Below are positions 61,326 to 64,000 of a DNA stretch of 64,000 nucleotides, piece by piece. The stretch is taken from contig NC_081355.1 in assembly GCF_030684315.1 (NCBI RefSeq), positions 67,232,924 to 67,296,923 on the forward strand, read 5' to 3'. Position numbers and translations under genes: made by a program. Positions within the stretch are counted from its first letter, which is position 1. The number at the start of each line of letters is the position of its first letter. Source of the DNA: Stegostoma tigrinum. Taxonomy: Eukaryota. The notes under the pieces were generated by a model. That model was not told the DNA's origin. It worked only from the letters and a program-made list of their open reading frames with translations, and ran no database searches.

Positions 61326-62552
61326 ATCGTTCCACATCCTACACCCTTCTCCCTTCCCAGGAAAGATACTTTGATGTGGATGATGTTACATGGGAAGGCA
61401 GAAGTCTAAATCACACAATTTTTCTGAAAGGTATGGGGAAACGTAGGGCTTTGTGTTTGAAGTACTGTTCTACAACATCATTTAAGAAGGCCATGGTGAT
61501 CTTAGTATCTCTATTGAATTGTAAACAGTATTATTTCAAGTTATTTTTAATGATAGCACAGTTGCTGCTAAGAAAAATAATCAGAATATTTCATATTGCT
61601 TGCGGTATATTATGTCTTATACATTTCATTGGGAGCTTCAAAGGCTTCCAAGTGGGTCTGTTAGAAACAAATTAGGTGTTTCAAAAATTACAGACTTTCT
61701 CGACATGAAAAGGCAAAGTTAACAGCAATGAATTTTCAAGATTTAACACCAGTTAATCACAAAGATTATTTTTCAAAAAAAAGCAACAAATGCAGTGTAG
61801 ACATTTTCTGTACTTAATCGTTCACCTTTCTCATGATTATAGTTGTTAGATCATTAGAAGTAACCTTATTAGAGGGAAGATGCACATTCAGAACTGAAGA
61901 ACATATCATTAGGAGCACTCCTTTGATCACATTGCTCAATTAGAGTGTCTAAAGGAAGCTGCAAATGCAACCACCCAAGTGCTCTGAAAGTCTAATATGG
62001 TATTAACATTATTACAAAGGGAACCACTGTAATAGATAGCTGTCTTTTTTTTCACACAGCCTTACAGTAACTTTTTATTAGAGCGGGAATTTACTTTGCT
62101 TGTAAATTTCTTTCGCCTCCTCTCTTGAAGATATCAACTTTCGTATTCCTCCACCTCACTTTATTTAGAGTACTTGCATTCTGTGTGCACTCTATCCATC
62201 CAAACTTCATTGTACTCAAATTTGGTCGATTGAGCAATAAAAATAACTCAGTCACACCCCTGCAAGTGTTTGTCTCCCGCCAGGGCGATGTGAGCCAGCA
62301 ACTTGTTCTCACTTCACAGACCTGAGACGATTGGAATTATGTCCTTCAGGCCAGAGGATCCAGTTCAAATGGGAATGTCGTTCTATCCTTCCTGGCCTTA
62401 CAGACCATCCATTCTATGAAAAAGGAATTAAATTGTAAAATGCACAGCTTTTACTTGTGAAAAGAGGTGCAGGAAATTGGAAGATGGAATTTCTGCAGGT
62501 GTAGTTTTAATCAAAGTCCTATATAACTGAAGCATAACCTTCCTACTTCTAT

Positions 62553-62864
62553 CCATAAAATCCCTACAGTGTGGAAATAGGCCATTTGGCCCAACAAGTC
62601 CACACCGACCCTCCAAGGAGCATCCCATCCAGACCCACCCCATCTGCAACTCCCATGGCTAATCCACCTTGCCTACACAGCCCTGGGCAACTTAGTATGG
62701 TCAATCCACCCGACCTGGGGGAGAAAACCGGAGAACTCAAAGGAAACCCGCGCAAAGACTGTGAGAATGTGTAAACTCCGCACAGATTGTGGCCCAAAGC
62801 TGGAATTGCATCCAGGTCCCTGGCAGTGTGAAACAACAATGTGAACCACTGAGCCACCATGCCA
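62553..62864 (-). mobile_element. HE1-type SINE inserted in an old minus-strand CR1 (~62490-63900)
   Basis: SINE motifs on minus; flanking CR1 remnant RKVMLQLYRTLIK. Confidence 0.88.
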
Positions 62865-63141
62865 TCCAACCATTCAAATTCATTTATAATAGGCAATAAC
62901 ATTCTGTACATTTTCTTATTACGTATTATGCCTGCAAACTAACCATTTGCAAATTTATCTGTCGAGACATCCAGATCCATTTGCATTTCAGAACTCTGAA
63001 AACTTTCAATCTCCTCCTGTCAAAATGAATAGTTTCATAATTTTTAATCACTTGATCTATCTAAACCCTAGTAAGACTCCATTGTGCCTTTCACAACTCA
63101 TTTTTCATGTGTCATTGACAAATTTAGCAATCATACTGTTC

Positions 63142-63238
63142 TGACGAAGGGTTACTGGACTCCACAATTTAACTCTGTTTTCTCTTCACCAATGCTGCCA
63201 GACCTGCTGGGTTTTTTCAGCAATTTCTGTTTTGTTTG
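63142..63238 (+). mobile_element. Old hammerhead-only PLE insertion with decayed 18-bp TSD
   Basis: (C)TGACGAAGGGTTACTGGACTCC...; TSD TTAGCAAT(CA/TG)TACTGTTC at 63124-63141 and 63239-63256. Confidence 0.75.
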
Positions 63239-64000
63239 TTAGCAATTGTACTGTTCATCTCTTCATCCAAGTCATTTAGTAAATTGCTAAATGTTGAGGC
63301 CCGAATACTGATGAATATGGTAATGTTGCATTAATGCCTACTTTTTGTTTCCTGTTTGGCAGGCAGCCTTCTATCCATGTCATTTTGTTATTCACCACAC
63401 CAAGAAGTTTTATTTTCTGCAATAACCATTGATATGACATTTTCAAATGTCTTCTGAAGTTCTAAGTTTGGTTTCTCACCAGTTTCTTGATCCACTGCAT
63501 GTGTTTCTTCAAAAACTTCAATAAATTAATCAAATGTGATGTTTTTTATGGAACCATGTTAAATCTGCTTGATTATGCCAATTTTTGTTTTGTTAGTTCC
63601 CTGCTCTAGCATCTTTTGTCTCATTTCTCACTATGATAGATGTTAAAGCTAATTGGGTTATAACTTCATACTTTCAATCTCCCCCCATTTCTCAACAAAG
63701 GAGTTATCATCAGTAGTTTCTACTCTAACAGAACTTGCTCTATATCTAGGAGATTTTGACAAGTTACAACTAATGCATCAACTATCTCATCAGCTCCTTA
63801 TTTGTGACCCCAGAATGAGGTCCATCATGACCAGGTACTTGTCAACAGGCACTTCCAACAATTTGTTCAGTACTGCAAAACTTATGCTGTAATTTTGATT
63901 TCCTTGGTCTTTCAATTTTGCAAGTTATGGCTATTTCTAATATCTTACTGGTATCTTGGACTTATACTCACTATTCCTTTTTGTCATTTACTGATCATCA

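Noticed and set aside
62091-62415. Minus-strand acceptor-like site and short ORFs
   Set aside because: Frames close quickly and no recognisable protein; insufficient support.

Overview
Eukaryotic, repeat-saturated vertebrate intronic/intergenic DNA, almost certainly from an elasmobranch (shark). This is inferred from HE1-type V-SINEs, CR1/HER1-type LINEs, DeuSINE-like fragments and Poseidon-type Penelope-like elements (PLEs). No intact host gene is recognisable, only a few weak exon candidates. Main content: a near-intact 5'-truncated CR1 (4750-7166), a decayed full-length CR1 with ORF1 (zinc finger, coiled coil, SGNH esterase) and ORF2 (46535-51085), many older CR1/L2-type fragments, PLE RT/GIY-YIG fragments, a fossil hAT transposase, a fossil Myb/SANT (Harbinger-type) gene and a TA-flanked MITE. 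The most striking signal involves PLE termini carrying a minimal type-I hammerhead ribozyme motif (CTGATGA-A-GGGTCTAGGCCC-GAAACGTC). These occur as (i) five non-coding fold-back (palindromic) insertions with a one-sided tail, four of them with clear 13-16 bp target-site duplications, and (ii) many ~100-130 bp ribozyme-only insertions from at least three subfamilies of different age whose stems co-vary. Coordinates were read by eye; boundaries of old repeats are approximate.
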